Below, piece after piece: positions 9,984 through 20,793 of a DNA stretch of 64,000 nt. Both the position numbers and the translations under genes were made by a program. The notes under the pieces are model-generated. The model was not told where the DNA came from and did no database searches. It saw only the letters and a program-made list of their open reading frames with translations. This DNA comes from Candidatus Latescibacterota bacterium (GTDB lineage: Bacteria > Latescibacterota > UBA2968 > UBA8231), in the NCBI GenBank assembly GCA_965243025.1, contig CBDETY010000003.1, positions 6,112,001 through 6,176,000 on the forward strand, read 5' to 3'. Each line of letters begins with the position of its first letter. The stretch's first letter is position 1.

Positions 9984-11951
9984 TTGTCAGGAGGTGTAGA
10001 AGACCGGCCGGCGTCCGGGGTTTCGCTGCGCGCCCTCGTCATCGGCGCCGCTCTCAGCCTGGCGATCGGCGTGGGAGAGCCCTTCGGTGCCTTCGTCATC
10101 ATGGGCACCCGCATGAGCGGGTTGAACGGTCCCGCCGCGTTCTTCCTGTTCTTCCTGTGGGTGGGTGTGGTCCAGGTCGTGTTGGGGCTCATTCACAGAA
10201 GGCTGGCCCTGGACAAGGGAGAGCTGCTGACCATCTACATCATGATGGTCGTCGCCACGGCGTTCTCGGGTGGCGAGCGCAACGGGTTCTGCCTGATGCT
10301 GTTGGGGTCGACTGCCGGGGTATCCTACCTGGCCAGTCCGGAAAACAACTGGGCGGAACGGGTCCATCCCTACGTGGCCAAGTGGATGGTTCCGCAGGAC
10401 GAGATGGGGATCCGGTGGTTTTTCGAGGGCATGCCGGAGGGCGAGTCGATCCCCTGGGGCATGTGGCTGCCGCCGCTGTTGTGGTGGTTGCTGTTCATGA
10501 CGGCGCTGTGGACGGCGAGCATCTGCGCGATGGTCATCCTTCGCCGCCAGTGGGTGGAACACGAACATCTCATCTATCCCATCACCAAGGTGCCGCTGGC
10601 CATGGTGCAACCGCCGCCGGGCGGTTCGCTGGTGGCGCCTTTCTTCAAGAGCGGCCTGATGTGGGCGGGTCTGTCGCTGTCGTTCGGCCGCGAGAGCCTC
10701 AACGCCCTGAATCACTACTTCCCCATCGTTCCCGTGGTTCCGACCCACTTCGGGCAACTCACGCTGATACCGCGATTCGCCAATGTAGGCTTTTCGCTGA
10801 ACCTGATGATCCTGGGGTTCGCCTATTTCCTCAAGGCGGACGTCATGCTCGGGATGTGGGTTTTCTACGTTCTGCGCCGCCTCGAGGAGGGTGTCCTGCA
10901 CCTGACGGGAGCCGGCATCGGGGAAGCGCTTTCCAACTACGGCGGCGGCGGTGGTGTCAGGGGGATCCTCGCGCACCAGAGCATAGGGGCGATGATCGCG
11001 CTGGTCCTCTTCGGACTGTGGATTTCCCGGGGACATCTGCGGAAGGTGTTCCGCAAGGCCTTCAGAGGGGACGACTCGGTGGACGATGCCGACGAAATCA
11101 TGCCCTACCGCACCGCCGTATGGGGGGTGATCCTCGGGGTGATCGGAATGAGCCTGTGGCTGTGGCGGGCGGGTCTGCCCCTGTGGGCGGGTCTGCTGTT
11201 TCTGTTCGGGGCGCTTGTGACCTTCGTCAGCCTGACGCGCATCATCGCCGAGGCGGGACTGCCGATGGTGTTTCCCCGCAACATCCCCCTGGACTTCGTG
11301 GTCTCCGGAATCGGGGTGCGCTACACGGGGCCGGCGGGGATGGCGGCCCTGGGTCCGACGGTGATATGGACGGAGTCCCTGGCGAGCACGATGATGGCCC
11401 ACACCGCCACCGGGTTGAAGCTGACCGGCGAGATCGCCCATCGCAGGCGCTGGCTGCTGCTGGCGCTGGCGATCGCCATTCTGGTCTCCGTAGTCAGCAC
11501 CTTCTGGATGTCGCTGTCGATCGCATACCGCGAGGGGGGCGTCAACGTAGCGCGTTCCGTCGGTTACCTCCCCGACTTCACCTGGGCGTACGTGGCGAGC
11601 CGGGTCGAGGAGAACGCGGGACCGAACGGGCTGGGTTGGCTCATCCGGTTGGCCGGGGGAGGGGTTATGACCGGTCTGCTTCTCATGCAGCGCCGGTTCC
11701 TGTGGTGGCCGTTGCACCCGCTGGGATTCGTGGTCAGCATGGACCGGGTGATGGACACGGCCTGGTTCCCCGTCTTCCTGGCCTGGACGCTCAAGACGGT
11801 CCTCTTGAAGTACGGCGGCCTCAAAGCGTACCAGGCGCTCATCCCCGTTTTCTACGGGTTGATACTGGGTCAGTTCGTCGCCGGGGGATTCTGGTTGATC
11901 GTCGACTTTTTCACCGGGATGAGGGGTAACGGACTGAGCATGATGTACTGA
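9984..11951 (+). CDS. DUF6785/DUF6784 polytopic membrane protein (putative peptide/OPT-like transporter), copy 1
   Basis: Many TM helices. Motifs LRRQWVEHEHLIYPI, RIIAEAG, WWPLHPLGF, KYGG...FYGLILG. TTG start after GGAGGG. Confidence 0.8.
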   Translation: MSGGVEDRPASGVSLRALVIGAALSLAIGVGEPFGAFVIMGTRMSGLNGPAAFFLFFLWVGVVQVVLGLIHRRLALDKGELLTIYIMMVVATAFSGGERNGFCLMLLGSTAGVSYLASPENNWAERVHPYVAKWMVPQDEMGIRWFFEGMPEGESIPWGMWLPPLLWWLLFMTALWTASICAMVILRRQWVEHEHLIYPITKVPLAMVQPPPGGSLVAPFFKSGLMWAGLSLSFGRESLNALNHYFPIVPVVPTHFGQLTLIPRFANVGFSLNLMILGFAYFLKADVMLGMWVFYVLRRLEEGVLHLTGAGIGEALSNYGGGGGVRGILAHQSIGAMIALVLFGLWISRGHLRKVFRKAFRGDDSVDDADEIMPYRTAVWGVILGVIGMSLWLWRAGLPLWAGLLFLFGALVTFVSLTRIIAEAGLPMVFPRNIPLDFVVSGIGVRYTGPAGMAALGPTVIWTESLASTMMAHTATGLKLTGEIAHRRRWLLLALAIAILVSVVSTFWMSLSIAYREGGVNVARSVGYLPDFTWAYVASRVEENAGPNGLGWLIRLAGGGVMTGLLLMQRRFLWWPLHPLGFVVSMDRVMDTAWFPVFLAWTLKTVLLKYGGLKAYQALIPVFYGLILGQFVAGGFWLIVDFFTGMRGNGLSMMY

Positions 11952-12181
11952 CATGCCGCGATAAAGTTGCTCTGCAGACGAGGCCGGAGTCAGAGACGCC
12001 GGCCGGGCAGCGGTGTCGAGGTACCCGACTGTACCGAATGCCGCGGCGTGGCGGTGAGGTGAATCTTCACCACCGGGCTGGATTGTTGCTTGCGCTCTGT
12101 ATATTCATACCCGAAAGCATTACGCGCCCGTTCTCTTTCGCGTCCGCCCCTGACGAGGGTGAATTCTCCGAAAACAATGCC

Positions 12182-12874
12182 ATGAGATTTGCGGTGACAG
12201 CCCTTCATTTCGGGCTCTGGGCTTTGCTTTCGTTTGGCTGCGGCAGCGATGTGGTCCACACCTCCACGCCGCCTTCTCCGGTCGACCAGGGACAGGGGGA
12301 GGAAGGAGAGGTTTTCATCACCGACCACACCGGAAAAGCATGGGACGTGACCCACGCTGTGGGGAAATACGGCATGGAGCCGTCAATGTTCGGGAACGGT
12401 CTGGGGCCATTTGCCATCAAACCGATAGTGAACGCCCGGATGCTGTCCCCCGGCGACCTGAACTACCCGATCGACAGCCAGGGCATGCTGGTGATCGGGA
12501 CGACCCTGAACGGTTTCACCCGCGCTTACCCCATCGAAATCCTGAGCCGGTTCGAAGTCGCCAACGAGCGCTTCGGGGAGGCGCACGTGGCCGTGGCCTA
12601 CTGACCGCTGGTCGACCTGGCTGCCGTGTACAGCCGAGAAATCGACGGAGAGATCCTGACCCTGAGCGCCAGTGGATGGACCTATCGATCCACGTTCGTG
12701 CTGTACGACTACGAGACCGAAAGCCTGTGGTACCACCTGCCCGGCGAGGATGGCCTGACCTGTATCGGCGGCGCCTACGCCGACCGGAAGCTGACGGAAC
12801 TCCACTCCGTCCTCACCCGCTGGAACCTCTGGAAAGCGGAGTTTCCGGATTCAAGGGTTCTCACGATCCCTTAG
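12182..12874 (+). CDS. DUF3179 family lipoprotein with in-frame TGA (12602-12604), probable selenoprotein
   Basis: ORFs 12038..12604 and 12626..12874 are in the same frame. The join reads RAYPIEILSRFEVANERFGEAHVAVAY-U-PLVDLAAVYSREIDG...SG....TFVLYDYETESLW, a continuous DUF3179 pattern. Lipobox LSFGC. Confidence 0.8.
12605..12648 (+). promoter_or_regulatory. Candidate bacterial SECIS hairpin
   Basis: GTCGA(12611-15)/TCGAC(12642-46) lower stem and GGCTG(12619-23)/CAGCC(12631-35) upper stem, loop CCGTGTA, directly 3' of the UGA. Confidence 0.55.
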
Positions 12875-13045
12875 CGCGCCGCTGAACGGCGCGACAGGGT
12901 CCTGTCTCAGGGGAAACGACACTATCGACAGCTTGCCCGCGGCTTCCGCCTTCGATTGGAGGACGGCGATGGAAGTCCGGTCGGTTGGCGCGATTGCTTC
13001 AACGGCCGGCAAAACCGGGTTTTATCAGGCGATGAGGTCTGAGCC

Positions 13046-14704
13046 ATGAAATGTCCGAAACGGCTCCTGCCCTGTGCGGTGTTGCCGGTGTTGGGGTTGG
13101 CCGGCTGTGACGACAGAAGCCCCACGCAATCCGGCTCAGGCTCCACGGTCCTGGAGGGCGATTTTTCCGTCCGTTCCCAGGAGGACCTGGACCTCCTCGC
13201 GGCTCTTGGGGGGGATTCGTTCGGCATCGCCGGCGATCTCTCGGTCGAGGATTCTCCTTTCACCACGCTCGAGGCCCTCGAGAATCTCACCGGCATAGGC
13301 GGGAACCTGTCCATAGGCAGCTTCGGCGCCGGCAACGCGGAGCTGACCAGTCTGGCAGGTCTCGGGAATCTCACCCGCATCGGCGGGTACCTGTCCATAT
13401 TCGGCAACGTCTCCCTGACCAGCCTGGCGGGGCTGGAGGGTGTCACCGGCATCGGCGGGGGTTTGTTCATCAGGAACACTTCCCTGACCAGCCTGTCAGG
13501 GCTCGAAAACGTCTCCGGCATCGGCGGGAGGGTGAAGGTCGTCAACAACGATGCCCTGACCAGCCTGTCGGGGCTCGACAATCTCACCCGCATCGGCGGG
13601 TACCTGTCCATCGTCGGCAATGATTCCCTGACCAGCCTGACAGGGCTCGGAAACCTCACCAGCTTCGAGGGGGACCTGATTGTCAACGACAACCCGGCGC
13701 TTACCAGCCTGGCGGGGCTGGAAAAGATCACGAGCATCGACGGGGACGCGTTTGACCGGGAATCCCGGACGGGTCCGGGCGTGTCGATCCTTGACAACGA
13801 TGCACTTGCCAGCCTGTCGGGGCTCGACAATCTCACCCGCATCGGCGGGGACTTGTGCATCGGCAAGGTGCGCGAGGGCAACCCTGCGTTGACCAGCCTG
13901 TCGGGGCTCGACAACCTCGCCGACGTCGGCGGGAGTTTGACCATCTCCCACAACCCCGCACTGGCCAGCCTGTCGGGGCTCGGGAATCTCGCCCGCATCG
14001 GCGGAGTCCTGTCCGTGTTCAGCAGCGCCGCCCTGACCGACCTGTCAGGGCTCGAGAACCTCGCCGGCATCGGTGGCGTCTGGCTTACCGGCAATCCGGC
14101 GCTGACCAGCCTGTCAGGGCTCGAGACGCTCACCAGCGTCGGCGGATTCCTGTCTCTGGCCAACAACTCCGCCCTGAGCAGCCTGACGGGACTCGACAAT
14201 ATCACCGGCATCGACGGGATGCTGCAGATACTGCACAACGACGCGCTGACCGGCCTGGCACCGCTCGGGAACGTCACCCGGGTCGGGGGCGATCTGAAAG
14301 TCGGCGGCAATCACCTGCTGGCCAACCTGGCAGGGTTCGAGAGCGTCACCGGCATCGGCGGGGACCTGTCCATCTGGTACACCGGCCTGACGAGCCTGGC
14401 AGGGCTCGGGAACCTCGCCACCATCGGCGCGGACCTGTCGATCGGCGGCAATGACGCCCTGGTCAGCCTGGCAGGGCTCGAAAGTCTCACCGACATTGGC
14501 GGGAGTCTCGCAATCGGCGACCGCCGTACCGGCAACACCGCCCTCGCCAGCCTGGCAGGCCTCGAGAATCTCACCCGCATCGGCGGCGACTTGTCCATCC
14601 ACGGCAATGGAGCGCTGACCGATTCGTCGGCCCGGGCCTTCGCCGACAGACTGGTGGCAAGCGGGTTCACGGGCAGCGTGACGATCAGCGGCAATCAGCG
14701 ATGA
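13046..14704 (+). CDS. Receptor L-domain/leucine-rich-repeat surface lipoprotein
   Basis: Lipobox LAGC, then ~18 repeats of ~24 aa with consensus LTSL.GL.NLT.IGG.L.I..N.A. Confidence 0.85.
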   Translation: MKCPKRLLPCAVLPVLGLAGCDDRSPTQSGSGSTVLEGDFSVRSQEDLDLLAALGGDSFGIAGDLSVEDSPFTTLEALENLTGIGGNLSIGSFGAGNAELTSLAGLGNLTRIGGYLSIFGNVSLTSLAGLEGVTGIGGGLFIRNTSLTSLSGLENVSGIGGRVKVVNNDALTSLSGLDNLTRIGGYLSIVGNDSLTSLTGLGNLTSFEGDLIVNDNPALTSLAGLEKITSIDGDAFDRESRTGPGVSILDNDALASLSGLDNLTRIGGDLCIGKVREGNPALTSLSGLDNLADVGGSLTISHNPALASLSGLGNLARIGGVLSVFSSAALTDLSGLENLAGIGGVWLTGNPALTSLSGLETLTSVGGFLSLANNSALSSLTGLDNITGIDGMLQILHNDALTGLAPLGNVTRVGGDLKVGGNHLLANLAGFESVTGIGGDLSIWYTGLTSLAGLGNLATIGADLSIGGNDALVSLAGLESLTDIGGSLAIGDRRTGNTALASLAGLENLTRIGGDLSIHGNGALTDSSARAFADRLVASGFTGSVTISGNQR

Positions 14705-14788
14705 CTGCTGCAGCGCCGGTATCGATGGCACAGGAAAGCAGTTCGTCGCCGGGGAACGCCGTCGGGCGCCGACTGGCTAGCCCCTGAC

Positions 14789-16978
<2,190 letters not shown>

Positions 16979-17107
16979 GAAGCCGCAGGCCCCGGGGCGG
17001 CACAGGTTCCTTCGGTTCCTCGCTTTTATCGCTGATTAAATGATCGAAGCCGGGTTTTCGGAGTCGTCCGAACCGGCTGACCGCTGACTCCGTTGGAGGC
17101 GTGTGAA

Positions 17108-18187
17108 GTGAAAATTGCGAAGATAGAAGCCCATCAGATCGAGACACCGCGCGTCACCGGACACATCTCCGGTCACCTCATCGTCAAAGTCCATGTCGAC
17201 GACGGCCCCACCGGCCTGGGCGAAGCCTCTGACAGCAAGTGCAGCGACGTTGCCGCTGTCGTCCGCCAGTACAACGAACTCCTCGTCGGCCGCGACCCCA
17301 CCCGCATCACCGAAACCAACGAGTTCCTGCGCACGCACAGTTTCGAGAGCACCGTCTCGGACCATCATCTCGTCTCCGCCATCGACCTCGCCCTCTACGA
17401 CCTCAACGGAAAGGCGCTGGGGGTGCCCGCCTACCGTCTCCTCGGCGGCAAGTTCCGGGACAGGATCTACTGCTGTTTCCCGACCTGGGGGGTCCTCGTC
17501 AAGGAGGACTACGAGGCGACTGCCGGTTACCTTCAGCGTCTCGTCGACCACGGCCACCATCTCTTCCGCTTTTACATCTCCGGGGACGACGCCGAATTCG
17601 ACAACCGCTTTCTCACCGACATGTTCTCCCGCTTCGGGGACAGGATCCGGCTCAAGCAGATCGATTTCTCAGGCCGATTCCCGGATTGGCAGGCCGCTCT
17701 CCGCTACGCCGACGTCCTCCGTCACCACAACCCCGTTCACTTCGAGCAGCCATCCTGGGACCTCCGCGTCTGCGCGGAATTCACCAGGCGCATGGACCTC
17801 CCCGTCAGTCTCCATACCGCCACCCTCGAACGCGGTCTGGAATCGATCGAGCGCGGCGCCTGTACCGCCTTCAACCTGTGCAATGTCTTCTGCGGCCCGA
17901 CCTACATCCGCCGCCTCTATGCCCTGGCCGAATCCGCAGGCATCTACTGCACCATCGGCACCGACCAGGAATCCACCCTCGGCACCGCGGGTCAGCTCCA
18001 TCTGGGGGCCTCCATGCCCAACCTCAGCCTCCCGTGCGACCCCATGGGCCCGATGCTCTACACTGCCTCTCCGGCAAAGGAACGCATCCACGCCGAAGGC
18101 TCCTTCCTTACCGTTCCCGACGGCCCCGGTCTGGGGGTCGAGCTCGACGATGAGAAAATGGCCGCGATCACGGTTGCGTCGGCGTGA
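17108..18187 (+). CDS. Enolase-superfamily dehydratase (galactarate dehydratase II-like subgroup), paralog 1
   Basis: GGAGG RBS and GTG start. SAIDLALYDL.GKALGVP.Y.LLGG, PGLGVELD, and R-x-Y (FRFY), D (IDFS), E (FEQP), H (VSLH). Confidence 0.85.
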   Translation: MKIAKIEAHQIETPRVTGHISGHLIVKVHVDDGPTGLGEASDSKCSDVAAVVRQYNELLVGRDPTRITETNEFLRTHSFESTVSDHHLVSAIDLALYDLNGKALGVPAYRLLGGKFRDRIYCCFPTWGVLVKEDYEATAGYLQRLVDHGHHLFRFYISGDDAEFDNRFLTDMFSRFGDRIRLKQIDFSGRFPDWQAALRYADVLRHHNPVHFEQPSWDLRVCAEFTRRMDLPVSLHTATLERGLESIERGACTAFNLCNVFCGPTYIRRLYALAESAGIYCTIGTDQESTLGTAGQLHLGASMPNLSLPCDPMGPMLYTASPAKERIHAEGSFLTVPDGPGLGVELDDEKMAAITVASA

Positions 18188-18287
18188 TCGGAAACAGACG
18201 GTGCTCGTCGAAACCAGGAATCTTCGTGCGCCGTCTCCCGGGCGCCGACCCCCCGGGCAAAGGCGCGCCGCGGGACTCTTGCCCCGC

Positions 18288-19292
18288 CTACAGCTCCTCC
18301 ACTCCTACGAATCTGCCGGTGCCGCGACTTCTGACGGCCGCCTCCACCAGCGCCAGAGTGTGGATCGCGTCAGCATACGGCGAGCGAACCAGCGACCGTT
18401 CCCCTGTTTCGACAGCGCGCAACCAGGCACCGGTCTTGTCCATGCCCAGGCTGTTCTCTTCAGGCACCGGCTCGTCCAACTCCTGCCCATTGAGGTAGCC
18501 GGATATCCGGTTTCGGGTCGCGTTTGCGCGAAGACGCAGGTGGGGGCCGATAACCTCGAGATCAAAGCTGAATCCTTCGGTGCCGCAGTGATTGGCATGG
18601 GTGCCAAAGACACCGTTGTCGAGCGCGTAGGTCATCTGGACGGCGTTCTCGGCGTCGAATTCGGTGCGATTCAGTGCCATGTTCTTGACTGCGAGCGCAT
18701 GCGCCTGAACCGGTTCGGGATTGCCAAGGACGAAACGTCCACAATCGAGCAGGTGGATGGCCTGCTCGGCAACAGGCCCGCCGCTGATCCGCTGTTGCAG
18801 GAACCAGGGCGCCATTTTAAAGCTCAGATAGTAATCGACTGTACAGACGGTCTGGATGAGATGGACCGTCTCCCTGGCCAACAGATCCTTCAGCCTCTCG
18901 TAGAGCGGGGCGTAACGCAATTGAAAACCAACCGCGGCAATAACCCCGGCTCTTTCGATCTGCTCCAGGCATGCCCGTCCCTCATCCATGTTCAGCGCCG
19001 GCGGCTTTTCGATCAGCAGATGGATACCCCGTTCACAAGCCATGCGCACCGGTTGAAGGCGTACAGGAGGGGGCGCAGCGATGACTACGCCATCGATGTG
19101 GTGCTCGAAAAATGCGTGGAGTTCATCAGTGGCGGTCTCTGCACCGCTTTCCGTCGCCAGCTGCTGTGCAGCTTTCAGGCGAGTGCTGTGAACCGCGGCG
19201 ACCTGCGCTCCGCAGGCGGCAACCGCCCGCCCATGCGCACGTCCCATGTTGCCGGCACCAACAATTCCGATTCTCAAGCCATTCCGGTTCAT
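18288..19292 (-). CDS. Gfo/Idh/MocA family oxidoreductase
   Basis: IGIVGAGNMG Rossmann motif, EKP motif, EQAIHLLD. Confidence 0.9.
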   Translation of the reverse strand: MNRNGLRIGIVGAGNMGRAHGRAVAACGAQVAAVHSTRLKAAQQLATESGAETATDELHAFFEHHIDGVVIAAPPPVRLQPVRMACERGIHLLIEKPPALNMDEGRACLEQIERAGVIAAVGFQLRYAPLYERLKDLLARETVHLIQTVCTVDYYLSFKMAPWFLQQRISGGPVAEQAIHLLDCGRFVLGNPEPVQAHALAVKNMALNRTEFDAENAVQMTYALDNGVFGTHANHCGTEGFSFDLEVIGPHLRLRANATRNRISGYLNGQELDEPVPEENSLGMDKTGAWLRAVETGERSLVRSPYADAIHTLALVEAAVRSRGTGRFVGVEEL

Positions 19293-19379
19293 TGACGGCT
19301 CTCGTATGATTTGATCGATGGGCAGCAGGCGAACTGCAGCCATCCGGCCCAACAGCACCGACCTGCTGATTCCCTGCCT

Positions 19380-20549
19380 TCATACCGTCACGATAGTCCT
19401 CGCCTCGATCTGCGCCCAGTCTATCTCCCGCCCCAACCCGGGCGTCTGCGGCACGTACATATAGCCGTCCCTGACCTGGGTAGTTTCCCGTATCAGGCCG
19501 GCGAATGCCGCCGAAATCGACCGGTCAGCGGCGGTCGGCGGCCATGCCCCCACTTCCCACCAGTCGTCGTTGCGGATCGCCGCCACGACCTGCGCCCCTC
19601 CACCGTGGACGTTCAGTCCGAACATCTCCGCGAGATTGGCGAGCTTCACCTTGCCGGTGATCCCGAGCCCGGTGTTGCGCACGATATCGATCGCCCCGGC
19701 CACGAGATAGGGGGTCGCCAGGTAGGGGTTCCCCTGTATCGATTCGAGCGCCATCACCGGCAGGTCGACCGCGTCGGAAAGTCGTTTCAGCCCGTTGATG
19801 TCGAACTCCTGCAGGGGCTCTTCGATCCATATGTAACCCAGCTCCTCCAACCCGCGCGACACTTTGATGGCATCTTCGACGCTGTATTGCTGGACGGGAT
19901 CGTGCATCAATGCCATGCCGTCGCCGACCAGGCTGCGGATGTCCCTGGCGAGGGCGAGGTTTGTTTCGACGCCCAGCATCGAGTGGTCCTTGAACCCCTT
20001 GTACCCCTCGTCCACTGCCCGTTGAGCCGACTTCAGCGTGTCTTCGTAGGGGATGCCCGTTTCGGTGAGATAGGCCGGGACACGGTCGCGAAATCCCCCG
20101 AGCAGCTTGTGGACGGGCAGCCTGGCGTGGAGCCCCGCCAGGTCCCACAAAAGCGTGTCGATCAAAGCGAGAGGGTCTGTCGACGCCATATGAAAGTAGC
20201 GGCGGGCCATCCACATCTTGTGCCACATGTACTCGCGGTTCAGCGCATCCTGCCCGACGAGCTCCCGCTCCCACTGGAGCTTGAACGTGCGCGCCTTCCA
20301 CTCGAGATCCTCTTTTCCCCAACCGGAGGCGAAGGATCCGACGGTCTCGAGATTCGCATCGGTCCGGATCCGCAGCAGACAGGTGTAGGCCGGCCTGGGC
20401 TCCAGGCGGATCCCGTCTCCGCTGAACAGCCGGTGCCCGAACCGCACCCTGGTCGACCCCGGATACTCCCGCATGGTCCGCAGCGGACGCCACTCCGGTT
20501 CGACGGGATCGCTTTCGAGGATCTGGAAGTCGATCGATTCGATTTTCAT
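19380..20549 (-). CDS. Mandelate racemase/enolase-superfamily enzyme
   Basis: DTLLWDLAG...LPVHKLLGG, KGFKDH, MHDP, IEEP, PGLG. GAGGAGG RBS. Confidence 0.88.
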   Translation of the reverse strand: MKIESIDFQILESDPVEPEWRPLRTMREYPGSTRVRFGHRLFSGDGIRLEPRPAYTCLLRIRTDANLETVGSFASGWGKEDLEWKARTFKLQWERELVGQDALNREYMWHKMWMARRYFHMASTDPLALIDTLLWDLAGLHARLPVHKLLGGFRDRVPAYLTETGIPYEDTLKSAQRAVDEGYKGFKDHSMLGVETNLALARDIRSLVGDGMALMHDPVQQYSVEDAIKVSRGLEELGYIWIEEPLQEFDINGLKRLSDAVDLPVMALESIQGNPYLATPYLVAGAIDIVRNTGLGITGKVKLANLAEMFGLNVHGGGAQVVAAIRNDDWWEVGAWPPTAADRSISAAFAGLIRETTQVRDGYMYVPQTPGLGREIDWAQIEARTIVTV

Positions 20550-20574
20550 GGGGGTGCCTCCTCGCAGACACTAG

Positions 20575-20793
20575 TGTCCCGTCGCAGAGATAGATTGACA
20601 AAATTGGGATGCCGAGGCGCCCGGCTCACAAGGCGCCTGAGCGAGTCGTACCGAGGGCGTACGGGGAGCGAAGGCAACGCCGTGAGCCGGGATTGAGGGG
20701 AAAAATCGCACCGGATGAGGGTTTCATAAAACCGCGATTTTTCCCCTCAAATGGATCGGCGTCCCGATGTCGAGATATTTCTGCGACGGGACA
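20575..20793. mobile_element. MITE-like non-autonomous element, copy 1 (intact)
   Basis: 18-bp terminal inverted repeats TGTCCCGTCGCAGA(G/A)ATA with 1 mismatch, CTAG on both flanks (20571-74, 20794-97), no ORF, internal hairpins. Confidence 0.8.

Noticed and set aside
13260-14620. Regularly spaced DNA repeats as a CRISPR array or DGR
   Set aside because: The repeats are degenerate in-frame coding units; there are no cas or reverse transcriptase genes and no adenine-specific TR/VR pair.
17048-17078. Hairpin AGCCGG..TTCGGA-GTCG-TCCGAA-CCGGCT before the enolase RBS as a riboswitch
   Set aside because: Single short hairpin with no recognisable aptamer; such hairpins are expected by chance at this GC content.
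17193-19295. 700-aa alternative-frame ORF spanning two convergent genes
   Set aside because: Ser/Pro/Thr-rich frame artefact overlapping two well-supported enzymes.
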